From: the human T2T-CHM13v2.0 reference genome, Homo sapiens
Reading direction: 5' to 3' (one strand)
DNA: 64,000 bases
NCBI RefSeq assembly: GCF_009914755.1
Contig: NC_060929.1
Position 1 is the stretch's first letter; each line of letters begins with the position of its first letter. Positions 19,465-34,807 of the stretch are shown one piece after another. Position numbers and translations under genes: made by a program. Under the pieces are notes generated by a model. The model had not been told where the DNA came from. It saw only the letters and a program-made list of their open reading frames with translations, and did not search any database.

Positions 19465-22232
19465 AGTTACATCTTCTTGATGATGAATTGATAATTTAAT
19501 CATTATATAATAACTTTGTCTTTTCTTATAGTTTCTGTCTTAAAATCTCTTTTGTCTATGTATAGTGACTTCTACTTTTTGTTTTACATTGGCATAGAAT
19601 ATCTTTTTCCATTTCTTTATTTTCAGTCTATGTATGTTTTTATAGGTGAAGTGTGTTTCTTGTAGGCAACATATTATTAGGTCTTATTTTTTTAACCATT
19701 CAGCCACTATATGTCCTTTTATTGGAGAGTTTTGTCCATTTACATTTAATGTTATTATTGATAGGTAAGGTCCTACTTCTGCCATTTTGTTATCTGTTTT
19801 CTGGTGTTTTTGTGGTCTTTTCTTCCTTGTTTCTTTCCATCCTGTCTTCCTTTTAGCAAAGGTTATTTTCTCTGGTGATATTATTTAATTTCTTGCTTTT
19901 TATTTTTTGTGTATTCATTGTATGTTTTTCTATTTGAGGTTACCATGAGGCTTGCAAATACTATCTTATAATCCATTATTTTAGGCTGATAAAAACTTAA
20001 CACTGTTTGCATAAACAAACTAACAAGTAAAAAGAAAACCAATACAAACTCTACACTTTAACTTGTCTGCCCATTTTTTGGCTTTTCATTTTTTCAATTT
20101 ATATATCACTGTACTGTCTATGTCTTGAAAAATTGTTGTGGTTATTATTTTTGATCAATTCATCATTTAGTCTTTCTACTTAAGATGACAGTAGTTTATA
20201 CCCACACTTACAGTGTTATAATATTCTGTGTTTTTCTGTATACTTACTATTGCCAGTAAGTTTTGTACATTCTGATGATGTGTTATTGCTTATTTATGTC
20301 CTTTTCTTTCTGATTGAAATACTTCCTTTAGCATTTCTTGTAGGATAGGTTTGTTATTGGTGAAATCCTTCAGATTTTGTTTGTCTGGGAAAGTCTTTAT
20401 TTTTCCTTCATATTTGAAGACTATTTTCACCAGATATACTATTCTAGGATAAAAGGTTTTTTTCCTTCAGCACTTTAAATGTTCCATGCCACTGTCTTCT
20501 GGCCTTCCAGATTTCCACTAAAATGTCTGCTGCCAGACATAGTGGAGACCCATTGTATTTTGTTTCTTTTCTCTTGCTGCTTTTGAGATCCTTTCTTTAT
20601 CCTTAATCTTTGAAAGTTTGATTCTTTAATTCCTTGAGATAGTTTTTTCTGGGTTAAATCTGCTTGGTGTTCTATAACCTTCTCTTACTTGAATATTGAT
20701 AGCTTTCTCTAGGTCTGAGAAGTTCTCTGATATTATCCATTTGAATAGACTTTCTACCCCTCTCTTTCTTGACCTCCTATTTAAGGTCAATAATTCTTAG
20801 ATTTGCCATTTTGAGGCTATTTTCTAGATCCTATAGACATGCTTCATTCCTTTTATTCTTTTTTCTTTTTTCTTCTCTTAGTGTATATTTTCAAATAATT
20901 TGTCTTTAAGCTCACTAATTCTCTCTTCTGCTTGATCTATTCTGCTATCTGACTCTGATGCATTCTTCAGTATGCCAATTACATTTTTCAACTCCAGAAT
21001 TTCTACCTGACTCTTTTAATTATTTCAATCTCTTCGTTAAACTTACCTGATATGATTCTGAATTCTCTCTCTGCATTATCTTGAATTTCTTTGAATTTCC
21101 TCAAAATAGCAATTTTGAATTCTCTGTCTGAAAGGTCACATATCTCTGTTTCTCTGGTATTGGTTCCTGGTCCCTTATTTAGTTCATTTGGTGAGGTCAT
21201 GTTTTCCTGGATGGTCTTCATACATGCTGAAGCTTATTGGTGTCTGGGCATTGAAAAGTTAAATATTTATTGTAGTCTTTGCATCTGGGCTTGTTTGCAC
21301 CTGTTCTTCTTGAGAAGCTTTTCCAGATATTTGGAAAAACTTAGGTGTTGTGCTCTAAGCTATATCTGTAATATGGGGTATCCTGATCCCAGCAATGCTG
21401 TAGTTCTTACATACACATAGAGGTACCACCTTGGTGGTCTTGGATAAGATCTGGAAGATATCTATGAATTACTAGGAAGAGACTCTTTTTCTCTTCCCTT
21501 GCTTTTTCCCAAAGAGAGTCAGTCTCTCTCTCTTTCCTGAGCCACCTGGGGCTGGGAGTGGGATAACAAAGCAACCATGTGACCACCACCACTGAGCTGT
21601 GCTGGTTCAAACCTGAAGCCAGTACAGCACTGGGTCTTGCTGTACTGGCCCCCTGTAACCACTACCTGGTTACTGCCTATGTTCACTCAAGGTCCTCATG
21701 GTCCACAATCAGCACGTGGTGAAGCCAGACAGCCTTGTGTCCTTCCCTTCAAGGCAGCAAGTTCCCCCAGGCCCTGAGCAGGACCAGAGATTCTTTCTAG
21801 AAGCTAAAGACTGGAGTCAAAAACCTTAAAAGTCTAGCTGGTGCTCTCCACTACTGTGGCTAAGCTGGGAATCAAACCACAAGACACAGTCATTCCCACT
21901 CTTCCTTTCCTTTCCATATGCAGAGGAGCTTCACCCAATGACTACCAACACCACAGGGCCATGGGGAGCACTGCCAGTCTAGCTCCAGTGTTCCCTTAAG
22001 GCCCAAGCACTCTTCAGTCAACTTGTGGTAAATGCTGCCAAGCCTGGGGCCTCTGGCCCAGGGAAGGTCCAGAAATGCCATCCAAGAGCCAAGGCCTGGA
22101 ATCAGGGACCCCAAGAACTTGCTTGATGTTCTACCCCAATTTGGACAAGCTAGTACCTATGGTACAAGACAAAGTCCCTTTTACTTTTCCCTCTGTTTTT
22201 TTCAAGCAGAAAGAGCCTTTCACAATAGCCAT

Positions 22233-22919
22233 TGAGAGGTGAAGCCCGCTGGGCTCCTGGGTCGGGTGGGGACTTGGAGAACTTTTCTGTCTAGCTAAAG
22301 GATTGTAAACACACCAATCAGCACTATGTGTCTAGCTAAAGGCTTGTAAGCACACCAATCAGCACTCTATAAAAAGAGACCAATCAGCACTCTGTAAAAT
22401 GGACCAATCAGCACTCTATAAAATGGACCAATCAGCAGGACATGAGTGGGGCCAAATGAGGGAATAAAAGCTGGCCACCCGAGCCAGCAGCAGCAACCCA
22501 CTTGGGTCCCCTTCCACGCTGTGGAAGCTTTGTTCTTTCACTCTTCACAATAAATCTTGCTGCTGCTCACTCTTTGGGTCCAAACTACCTTTTTGAGCTC
22601 TAACACTCACTGGAAAGGTCTGCGGCTTCACTCCTGAAGTCAGCGAGACCACGAACCCACTGGGAGGAACAAACAACTCTGGACGCACCACCTTTAAGAG
22701 CTGTAATACTCACTGCAAAGGTCTGTGGTTTCACTTCTAAAGTCAAGTGAGACCACAAACCCACTGGAAGGAAAAACTCCAGACACATCTGAACATCGAA
22801 GGAACAAACTCTGGACACACCATCTTTAAGAACTAAAACACTCACTGCAGGAGTCCATGGCTTCATTCTTGAAGTCAGCGAGACCAAGAACCCACCAGAA
22901 GGAACCAATTCTGGACACA
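22233..22919 (+). promoter_or_regulatory. 5' LTR (LTR12 family) with 5 CCAAT-box repeats
   Basis: TG...CA termini; 5 x accaatcagca; aataaaagc TATA-like motif near 22463; AATAAA near 22549; repeated U5 units. Confidence 0.93.
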
Positions 22920-22922
22920 TTT

Positions 22923-22940
22923 TGGCAACCATGAAGGGAC
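22923..22940 (+). other. Primer binding site, tRNA-Arg
   Basis: tggcaaccatgaagggac equals TGGCGACCACGAAGGGAC with two CpG-type changes, 3 nt after the LTR end. Confidence 0.85.
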
Positions 22941-23811
22941 TATCGCCTATCGCCAAGTGGTGAGTACCATCAGACCCCTTTTGCTTGCTATTCTGTCCTA
23001 TTTTTCATTAGAATTCGGGGGCTAAATACCGGGCACCTGTAAGCCAGTTAAAAGCTAATAGCGCAGCCGCTGGACTAAAGACATGGGTGTCAGGCTTTCT
23101 GGGAAAGGGCTCTCTAACAACTCCTGACTCTTTGGAGTTGGGAGCGTTGGTTTGCCTGGAACCAGCTTCCACTTTTCCTGTACTTCTGAGCTGAGCCAAG
23201 GGTCAAGACAGAGGAAAGCCATTCAGCTCCAGGGATCTGACAATAAGTTGGTTGACCTTGCGGCCATGAGCGGAACTCTCAAAGTCACGTCGCCCAAGCG
23301 AGACTAGCCCATCTATCCTATCTATTCTGACCCTTGCCTCCTGGGTCCTAATGTCTGTCAGACAAACTTCCTCTCGCCTCTCTTCTCTGAGGCTAGTCCC
23401 ACTTTTAAAAACCACTCCCTGTCTCTGGTGCTTTTCTAGTTTCTCCTATAGGAATGATTTCTAGTATAAACTCCAGGGCTATTTTCCCTTCTTTAGGCAC
23501 CCAGGCTCACCAATCAGAAAGACATAATTTTTGCCGAAAGCCCCATCGTAGGGGGGACAATCTGTAATTTTAGGATCCCTTCTCAGACCAGCAGGCCTAA
23601 CAAAAGCTATTCCTGAAGCTAGGATATGGGGAGCCTCAGAAATTGTATCCTTCCTATTCATATAAGTGAAGACAAAAGGCATCACTCTTCCAACTCTGGA
23701 GATCCTTTCCCTCCCTCAGGGTATGGCCCTCCACTTCATTTTTGGGGCATAACATCTTTATAGGACACAAGTAAAGTCCCAATACTAACAGGAGAATGCT
23801 TAGGACTCTAA

Positions 23812-24131
23812 CAGGTTTTCGAGAATGCCTCGGTAAGGGCCACTAAATCCGATTTTTCTCGGTCCTCTTTGTGGTCTAGGAGGACAGGCAAGGGTGCAGG
23901 TTTTCGAGAATGCATCAGTAAGGACCACTAAATCCGACCTTCCTCAGTCCTCCTTGTGGTCTAGGAGGAAATCTAGTGTTTCTGTTGCTGCACCGGTGAG
24001 TGCAACTATTCCGATCAGCAGAGTCCAGGGACCATTGTGGGTTCTTGGGCAAGAGGTGTTTCTGCTGCTGCGTCGTTGAGTGCAACTATTCCAATCAGCA
24101 GGGTCCAGGGACCGTTGCAGGTTCTTGGGCA
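23812..24131 (+). repeat. Two pairs of direct repeats in the proviral leader
   Basis: caggttttcgagaatgc...tgtggtctaggagga at 23812 and 23897; gagtgcaactattcc...ggttcttgggca at 23998 and 24078. Confidence 0.85.
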
Positions 24132-24178
24132 GGGGAAGAAATAAACCAACCAAAACCAAGGGTGGTTTTGTCTTTCAG

Positions 24179-25638
24179 ATGGGAAACACTCAGGCATCAA
24201 CAGGCTAACCCTTGAAATGCATCCTAAGCCATTGGGACCAATTTGATCCATAAACCCTGAAAAAGAGGCAGCTCATTTTTTTCTGCACTATGGCTTGGCC
24301 CCAATATTCTCTCTCTGATGAGGAAAAATGGCCACCTGAGGAAAGTATGAATTACAATACTATCCTGCAACTTGACCTTTTCTGTAAGAGGGAAGGCAAA
24401 TGGAGTGAAATACCTTATGTCCAAGCTTTCTTTTCATTGAAGGAGAATACACAACAATGCAAAGCTTGCAATTTATATCTCACAGGAGGACCTCTCAGCT
24501 TACCCCCATATCCTAGCCTCCCTATAGCTCCCCTTCCCATTAATGATAAGCCTCCTCTAATCTCCCCCGCCAGAAGGAAATAAGCAAAGAAATCTCCAAG
24601 GGACCACAAAAACCCCCAGGCTATTGGTTATGTCCCCTTCAAGCTGTAGGGGGAGGGGAATTTGGCCCAACCCGGGTACATGTCCCCTTCTCCTCTCTGA
24701 TTTAAAGCAGATCAAGGCAGACCTGGGGAAGTTTTCAGATGATCCTGATAGGTACACAGATGTCCTACAGGGTCTAGGGAAAACCTTTGATCTCACTTGG
24801 AGAGATGTCATGCTATTGTTAGATCAAACCCTGGCCTTTAATGAAAAGAATGCGGCTTTAGCTGCATCCTGAGAGTCTGGAGTTACATGGAATCTTAGTG
24901 AAATAAATGACAGAATGACAGCTGAAGAAAGAGACACATTCCCTACTGGTCAGCAAGCCATCCCCAGTATGGATCCCCACTGGGACCTCGACTCAGATCA
25001 CGGGAACTAGAGTCATAAACATCTGTTGACCTGCGTTCTAGAAGGAATAAGAAGAATTAGGAAAAAGCCCATGAATTACTCAATGATGTCTACCATAACA
25101 CAGGGAAAGGAAGAAAATCCTTCTGCCTTCCTCAAGAAGCTATGGGAAGCCTTAAGAAAACACACTCCCTGTCACCTGACTCACTCAAGGGCCAATAGAT
25201 CCTAAAAGATATTTATTACCCAATCAGCTGCAGATATCAGGAGAAAGCTCCAAAAGTGAGCCCTGGGCCCTGAACAAAATCTGGAGGCATTATTAAACCT
25301 GGCAACCTCGGTGTTCTCTAATTGGGACCAACCAAGAAGAACAGGCCGAAAAGGAAAAGTGAGATCAGAGAAAGGCTGCAGCCTTAGTCATGGCCCTCAG
25401 ACAAACAAACCTTGGTGGTTCAAAGAGGACAGAAAATGGAGCAGGCCAGTCACCCAGTAGGGCTTGTTACCAGTGTGGTTTGCAAGAACACCTTAAAAAA
25501 GATTGTCCAACAAGAAACAAGCTGCCCCCTCGCCCATGTCCGCTATGCTGAGGCAATCACTGGAAGGCACACTGCCCCAGAGGATAAAGGTTCTCTGGGC
25601 CAAAAGCCCCCAACCAGATGATTCAACAACAGGACTGA
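24179..25638 (+). pseudogene. gag: HERV9 gag, disrupted
   Basis: ATG GGA (myristoylation Gly); peptides [28 protein letters not shown] and DLGKFSDDPDRY; CCHC knuckle CYQCGLQEHLKKDC near 25465; ends caggacTGA; stops and frameshifts. Confidence 0.9.
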
Positions 25639-26022
25639 GGGTGCCAGCTCATGTCATCACCCTCACTGAGCCCCAGGTATGTTTAACCATTGAGGGCCAG
25701 GAAATTGACTTCCTTCTGGACACTGGCACAGCTTTCTCAGTGTTAATCTCCTGTCCTGGTCAGCTGTCCTCAAGGTCCATTACCATCCGAGGAATCCTGG
25801 GATGGCCTGTAACCAGGTATTTTTCCCACCTCCTCAGTTGTAATTGGGAGACTTTGCTCTTTTCACATGTCTTTCTTGTTATGCCTGAAAGTCCCACACC
25901 CTTATTAGGGAGGGATATGTTAGCCAGAGCTGGAGCTATTATCTACATGAATATGGGGAACAAGTTACCCATTTGTTGTCCCCTACTTGAGGAGGGAATC
26001 AACCCTGAAATCTGGGCATTGG
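25639..26022 (+). pseudogene. pro: HERV9 protease
   Basis: FLLDTGTAFS active site and PLLGRDML motif in ORF 25503..26111. Confidence 0.9.
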
Positions 26023-26034
26023 AAAGAATAAACT

Positions 26035-28583
<2,549 letters not shown>

Positions 28584-28797
28584 AAAAGATAAGTGAAAAC
28601 CTACATAATCTTTATCTTTAATGGAATCCTTTTATTATTTCATCATATTATTAAGTAGCATACTAACCATACTCTTTGTGATAGGACTATACACTGTAGC
28701 TCCTTCCAAGATGAAAATCCTAATCACATCAACCTTCCTTCTATCTTCCTTCCTTCTGACAGCAACTTACTCCAACCTTTAACTCAGACTGGATAAG

Positions 28798-30520
28798 ATG
28801 ATCTCGTCTTCCAGGGACCCTCTTTACCTTCCTATTTACTCTTTGCCTATCTATCCCTCCTGCTTCCTTGGATACCTCATGCAATCACCCCTCCCCTTCC
28901 ACTAGCTCCTAATTATCTCTATAAGACTCTCAACTTAACCCACACTCTGTTAAACCAGTCCAGTCCTTACCTGGCAAATGACTGTTGGCTTTGTATTTCT
29001 CTATCGAATTCTGCTTATGTTGCCACTCCCTTTCCTGCAAAAAACTGGGTCTTTACCAACTTAACCTACCACCCTCATTATGAAGGAAAAGACCCTTTCC
29101 GACTTCTAAATATGCAATCATTAGCCAACTCCCCCATCTCTGATAGGACCAAGAATACCCTTACAGGATGTGCAATCCAACTTTTATGTTCTTACATTTC
29201 CAACCTCACCTATTACACAAGCAACGAAAAGCCCATACACGGCCCTGTAACTATGAATACCATCTTAACTTTCCAAGCCCCTTTATGCATCCAACGCAAC
29301 CTGTTATCTGGCCTGTCCCTGGGGCACCTACTACCGCATCAGTATAATTACACCCTACAATTTCAAGCCCCAACTGATCATAGTAACTTCTGAGTCACCC
29401 AAACAGCTCCATTCAGATGGCTTGTCCACTTCTCAAGGCCCCCAAAAATTATCACCTCCTCCCTGCTTAACAAACAGTCCAGGTTTTGTAATGGTAAACA
29501 TACTCCCTGCATGACCGTTCATCCCTGGACTCCCTGAAGCAGCACCCCACCACTAGTGAACGCCTTCTCATCCCTTCTTTCAATCACTCTCTCGAATGGT
29601 TCCTAGTAGACACAAAACGTTTTTTTCTCCAATGGGAAAATAGAACACAGGGAGCCACTCAGTTTGCTCCAAATACCCCTTTCCAACCACTCACCGGAGC
29701 TACCTTGGCAAGCACTCTAGGAGTATGGGAAGATGAAAACAACAAACTCACACACCTTTTTAACATACACAATCCGTTCTGTCTACTCAGCCAAGGTATA
29801 TCCTTCTTATGTGGAACGTTGACCTATATCTGCCTCCCCACTAATTGGACAGGCACCTGCACCTTAGTCTTTCTAAGTCCCAACATTAACATTGTCCCAG
29901 GAAATCAGACCCTATCAGTACCCCTCAAAGCTCAAGTCCATCAGCACAGAGCCATACAACTAAAACCCCTACTTATAGGGTTAGGAATGGCTACTGCTAT
30001 AGGAACCGGAATAGTCAGTTTATCTACTTCATTATCCTACTACCACACACTCTCAAAGGATTTCTCAGACAGTTTGCAAGAAATAACAAAATCTATCCTT
30101 ACTCTACAATCCCAAATAGACTCTTTGGCACCAGTGACTACCCAAAACCTCCGAGGCCTAGACCTCCTCACTGCTGAGAAAGGACAACTCTGCACCTTCT
30201 TAGGGGAAGTATGTTCTTTCTACACTAACCAGTCAGGGACAGTAGGAGATACTGACCGGCATTTACAGGACAAGGCTTCTGAAATCAGACAAAGCCTTTC
30301 AAACTCTTATACCAACCTCTGGAATTGGGCAACATGGCTTCTCCCCTTTCTAGGTCCCATGGCAGCCATCTTGCTATTACTCACCTTTGGGCCCTGTATT
30401 TTTAACCTCCTTGTCAAATTTGTTTCCTCTAGGATCGAGGCCATCAAGCTACAGATGATCTTACAAATGGAACCCCAAATGAGCTTAACTAATGACTTCT
30501 ACCAAGGACCCCTGGACTGA
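28798..30520 (+). pseudogene. env: HERV9 env, SU disrupted, TM frame open (271 aa ORF 29705..30520)
   Basis: CWLC motif near 28983; fusion peptide RAIQLKPLLIGLG; ISD QNLRGLDLLTAEKG; degenerate CX6CC; TM WLLPFLGPMAAILLLLTFGPCIFNLL. Confidence 0.92.
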
Positions 30521-30672
30521 CTTGCTGGCCCTTTCACTGGCCTAGAGAGTTCCCCTCTGGAGAACACTACAACTGTAGGGCCCCTTCTTTACCCCTATCC
30601 AGCAGGAAGTAGCTAGAATGGTCATCACCCAATTCCCAACAGCAGCTGGGGTCTCCTGTTTAGAGGAGGGAT

Positions 30673-31334
30673 GGAGAGGTGAAGCCGGCTGGGATTCTGG
30701 GTTGGGTGAGGACTTGGAAAACTTTTCTTTCTAGCTAAAGGATTGTAAACACACCAATCAGCGCTCTGTGTCTAGCTAAAGGTTTGTAAACGCACCAATC
30801 AGCACTCTGAAAAATGGACCAATCAGTGCTCTATAAAATGGACCAATCAGTAGGGCATGGGTGGGGCCAAATAAGGGAATAAAAGCTGGCCACCTGAGCC
30901 AGCAGCAGCAACCTGCTCGGGTCCCCTTCCACAGTGTGGAAGCTTTGTTCTTTCGCTCTTCACAATAAATCTTGCTACTGCTCACTCTTTGGGTCCGCAC
31001 TACCTTTATGAGCTGTGACACTCACTGCAAAGGTCTGCAGCTTCACTCCTGAAGTCAGAGACCATGAACCCACTGGGAGGAACAAACAACTCTGAACACA
31101 CCACCTTTAAGAGCTGTAACACTCACTGCGAAGGTCTGTGGCTTCACTGCTGAAGTCAAGTGAGACCACGAACCCACCAGAAGGAAGAAACTCCGGACAC
31201 ATCTGAACATCTGAAGGAATAAACTCCAGACACACCATCTTTAAGAACTGTAACACTCACCGCGAGGGTCCACTGCTTCATTCTTGAAGTCAGCGAGACC
31301 AAGAACCCACCAAAAGGAACCAATTCTGGACACG
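30673..31334 (+). mobile_element. 3' LTR (LTR12 family), preceded by polypurine tract
   Basis: Homologous to the 5' LTR; PPT agaggagggat at 30662-30672; 4 CCAAT repeats; termini mutated to GG...CG. Confidence 0.93.
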
Positions 31335-32046
31335 CCACCACAGCTGAGAATGTGCTGGGTCCAACTTAAAGCCAGCACATCTAAGAGTCTCATCCAAGGC
31401 TCATGACATACCACTTGGGTATGGCTGCTGGTTATTCATGGCCCAATTATTCTTTAGTCAGCAGGTGATGCATTCTGCCAAGACTTGGTTCTTCCCTTCA
31501 AGGCAGCAGGTTCCCTTCTGGTCCAGGGTGTGTCTAGAAATGCTGTTTGTGAGCTAGGGACTGGAATGGGGCCTCGAGACACTGACTCTTGCCCTCTCTT
31601 ACTGTGGTTGAGCTGTTATCCAAGATGCAAAACAAAGTCCTTTTTACTCTTTCCTCTCCTCTCCTCTCCTCAAACAGAAGAAAGGGGTATCTTTTGGAGA
31701 CACCAGCTGTGCAGCCTGGGGCTTGGCGAGAGATAACACAAGCACTCCTTTAGCTGCCCTGGCTGGTGTCTCTGTAGGTCACTGGTTCTGAGACCAGCTC
31801 AGCACTAGAACCTGCAATCCTTGTGGCCTAGACTGCCTTTCAAGTTTATTTCAAGCCTGAGAGCACTTCAGCCCATGGTGCCAAGGCTTGCTGCAACTCA
31901 ACTTCCAACCACTGGAAAGGGTGATTCCTCTCTCTCTAGGGCTAGTCTAAATGCTCCCTTCATGGGCAGACATCAGCTGAGGTTAGCCCAGCTCTGCCTT
32001 CCACTGTGACAGGGCAGCACGCACTAGGTTCTATGCAAAGTCTCAC

Positions 32047-32532
32047 TGCCCAGACCAGCTCGGTTGTGGAAACCCCAACCCAGTGGCACTAGAAGAATAA
32101 AGACACAGACACAGAAATAGAGTGCAAAGTGGGGTCAGGGGGCTAACAGCCTTCAGAGCTGAGAGCCTTGAACAGAGTTTGACCCACCTATTTATTGACA
32201 GTAAACCATGATAAACATCATTTCTGCAGTTTATAAATTAACTAAAAGTATTCTTATGGAGAATAAAGGGACAGGCTCTGGCTTGTTATCTGCAGCAGGA
32301 ACATGTCCTTAAGGCAAAGATCGCTCATGCCATTGTTTCTGGTTTAGGAATGCCTTGAGCGGTTTTTCTGTCCTGGGTGGGCCAGGTGTTCCTTGCCCTC
32401 ATTCCAGTAAACCAGCAACCTCCAGCGTGTGCGTCATAGCTATCACAAGCATGTCACAGTGCTGCAGAGATCTTGTTTATGGCCAGTTTCTCATGGCCTG
32501 TTTATAGCCAGGCTTGGGGCCTATTCCCAGCA
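32047..32532 (-). mobile_element. MER9 solo LTR (HERV-K9/HML-3)
   Basis: Reverse complement of MER9 motifs (tctctgcagcactgtgacatg, gagggcaaggaacacctggcccaccc); TG...CA; 6-bp TSD tctcac/tctcat typical of betaretroviruses. Confidence 0.9.
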
Positions 32533-34444
32533 TCTCATGATTTCTGCACTCTCCCACTCTCAAGCGCACAGGTTTCTCTGCACCATGTGGCCACTGTGGG
32601 GCAAATGGGAAAGGACTGGCATCAGCAATTCAAGACTGACTTTCTTACCATCTTCAGTTCCTCTTTCAGTGATATGAAGTTAAAATCAGGTACTGTGAGT
32701 GCTCACCTGATTTTTGGTTCTTATGGAGATGCTTTTTTTTTATATAGGTAGTTGCTAAATTTGTTCTTTTTGCAGATGAGACAATTGATGGAGCCTTCTA
32801 TTCTGCCATCTTCCCCTGCCCCTCACATAACTCATTTTTACAACACATGAATGCAACTGATAAAACTGAACCACTGAATGTACAAAGTTGAAGATCCAAA
32901 TTTGGATTCAATAAAGTACAGAAACCCTGAAAATTCAATCTAAGTAGCACAGCAAATGCTGTACCTCTGCTGTAATGCTGTCATGTGACATATATTTTTC
33001 AATTTAAATTGTGTATTCTTAACAAAAGGATCTTAATGAAAAAAAGCCACCTGAAGACATTTCATTTTTTGACTGAGTATACCTAATTCAGTATTTCCAC
33101 AGTGTGTTCTTTAGAATACTATTGCTTCATGGTATAAATAGGTGTTACAAGAAAATAAGAAGGATAAGGAGACATTGAGATCAAAAAAGTTTATAAAAAA
33201 GTTTGTTAATCATGAACAATCATTTAGTTTTGCTTTTTTCTTTATAGATTTCTTAAAGCAGTTCCATTATTTCAAGTGGGGAACATGTAGTTTTACTTCT
33301 TAGTATATAATCCATAAAAAGTCATTAAAACACAATGACTAATAAAATTATCAGACAGGTCAATTGTTAATAAAGGATGAAATGGCTGCAAAGAAGCAAT
33401 GAATAATTGCTTAAATTGTGTGTACAGTTTAAGAAATAAAGCCATAAGGAAAACAAAACCGGAGCTCTCAGATTCTCTCCCTGAAATTGTTGAATTCTGT
33501 GAAGACTTCTTCCAGCCTCAGGGAAATAAATCACTGTGGCCAATTTTCTATCTTATTAGACTGGCATTTTCTGACATTTTTAGTCTGATTATGCTGAAAT
33601 TCATGCATAAAGGATTGATCATGTGCTCCTTCCTTTGAAAACTTGTGGAAATACTAAATATATGTTTACACTAGATAACATTTAGAAAAAAGCTTTTTGA
33701 ATTTCAGAATTAAAGTAGCTAAAGAAAAGTGGAAAATCTTACACTCAGAAGATGACCTAGAGCAGGTAAAAAAAAAAAAAAAAAAAGTAAGAGTTTGGGT
33801 AGAAAATCAAACATTGAAGAACAGTTAAAAAAAAAAACACTGAAAACAGGAAATGAATATTACTATGGGACTCTTAAAAGAAATTTCTCATGGAAAATTG
33901 TTCAGATTTTATTCATGACACTTTCTATGCTGCTGAAGCTTCACCCCTAAGGAAAAGAAATTATGCCTAGGTGTTAAGGGAAAGGGGCATAAAACTTTTA
34001 TCAGGAAGTGGAAAAGAATTAAAAGTTGAACTAAGCTGATGCAAGCATACTCTTCTCTAGGGTAAATGTCCTCTCCCTTCTCTCCCTTGCATCATTCCAC
34101 CTGCTCTGTCCTTTTTTTGAAAAATATTCTGTTGATGCTAACCCATGAAGCCAACTTCATGAGTTTGCCTCTAGGTTAAGCATAAAAATAAAGACTAAAG
34201 GGAAAATTTAGGGCTCACATGCATGCCTTTGCAGCTAGCCAAGGTAGGAGTCCAGGTTTGCAATCAAAGTTTTAGCTTTAATAAGACTTTGAGGAACTCA
34301 GGTAGGTGCTAATGCTCATAGGAGGAAGCAGCATTCAGGTTTTTAGAAATCCTAACTTTATCCCTTTAGGGAAAAAAAATGCATCATTAATAAACCACGA
34401 ATATTTTTGGCCAAATTACAAAGAATCTTGTTGGGGTTGGGAAA

Positions 34445-34472
34445 ACACACACACACATACACACACACACAC
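34445..34472 (+). repeat. (CA)n microsatellite
   Basis: Seen directly. Confidence 0.9.
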
Positions 34473-34493
34473 AAACAGCAATCCACCTGGTAA

Positions 34494-34807
<314 letters not shown>

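Noticed and set aside
22560-22919. Repeated units in the LTR resembling a repeat-spacer array
   Set aside because: These are the known U5 tandem repeats of LTR12 and recur in the 3' LTR.
22923-22940. tRNA gene
   Set aside because: Only an 18-nt complement of a tRNA 3' end, i.e. a retroviral PBS.
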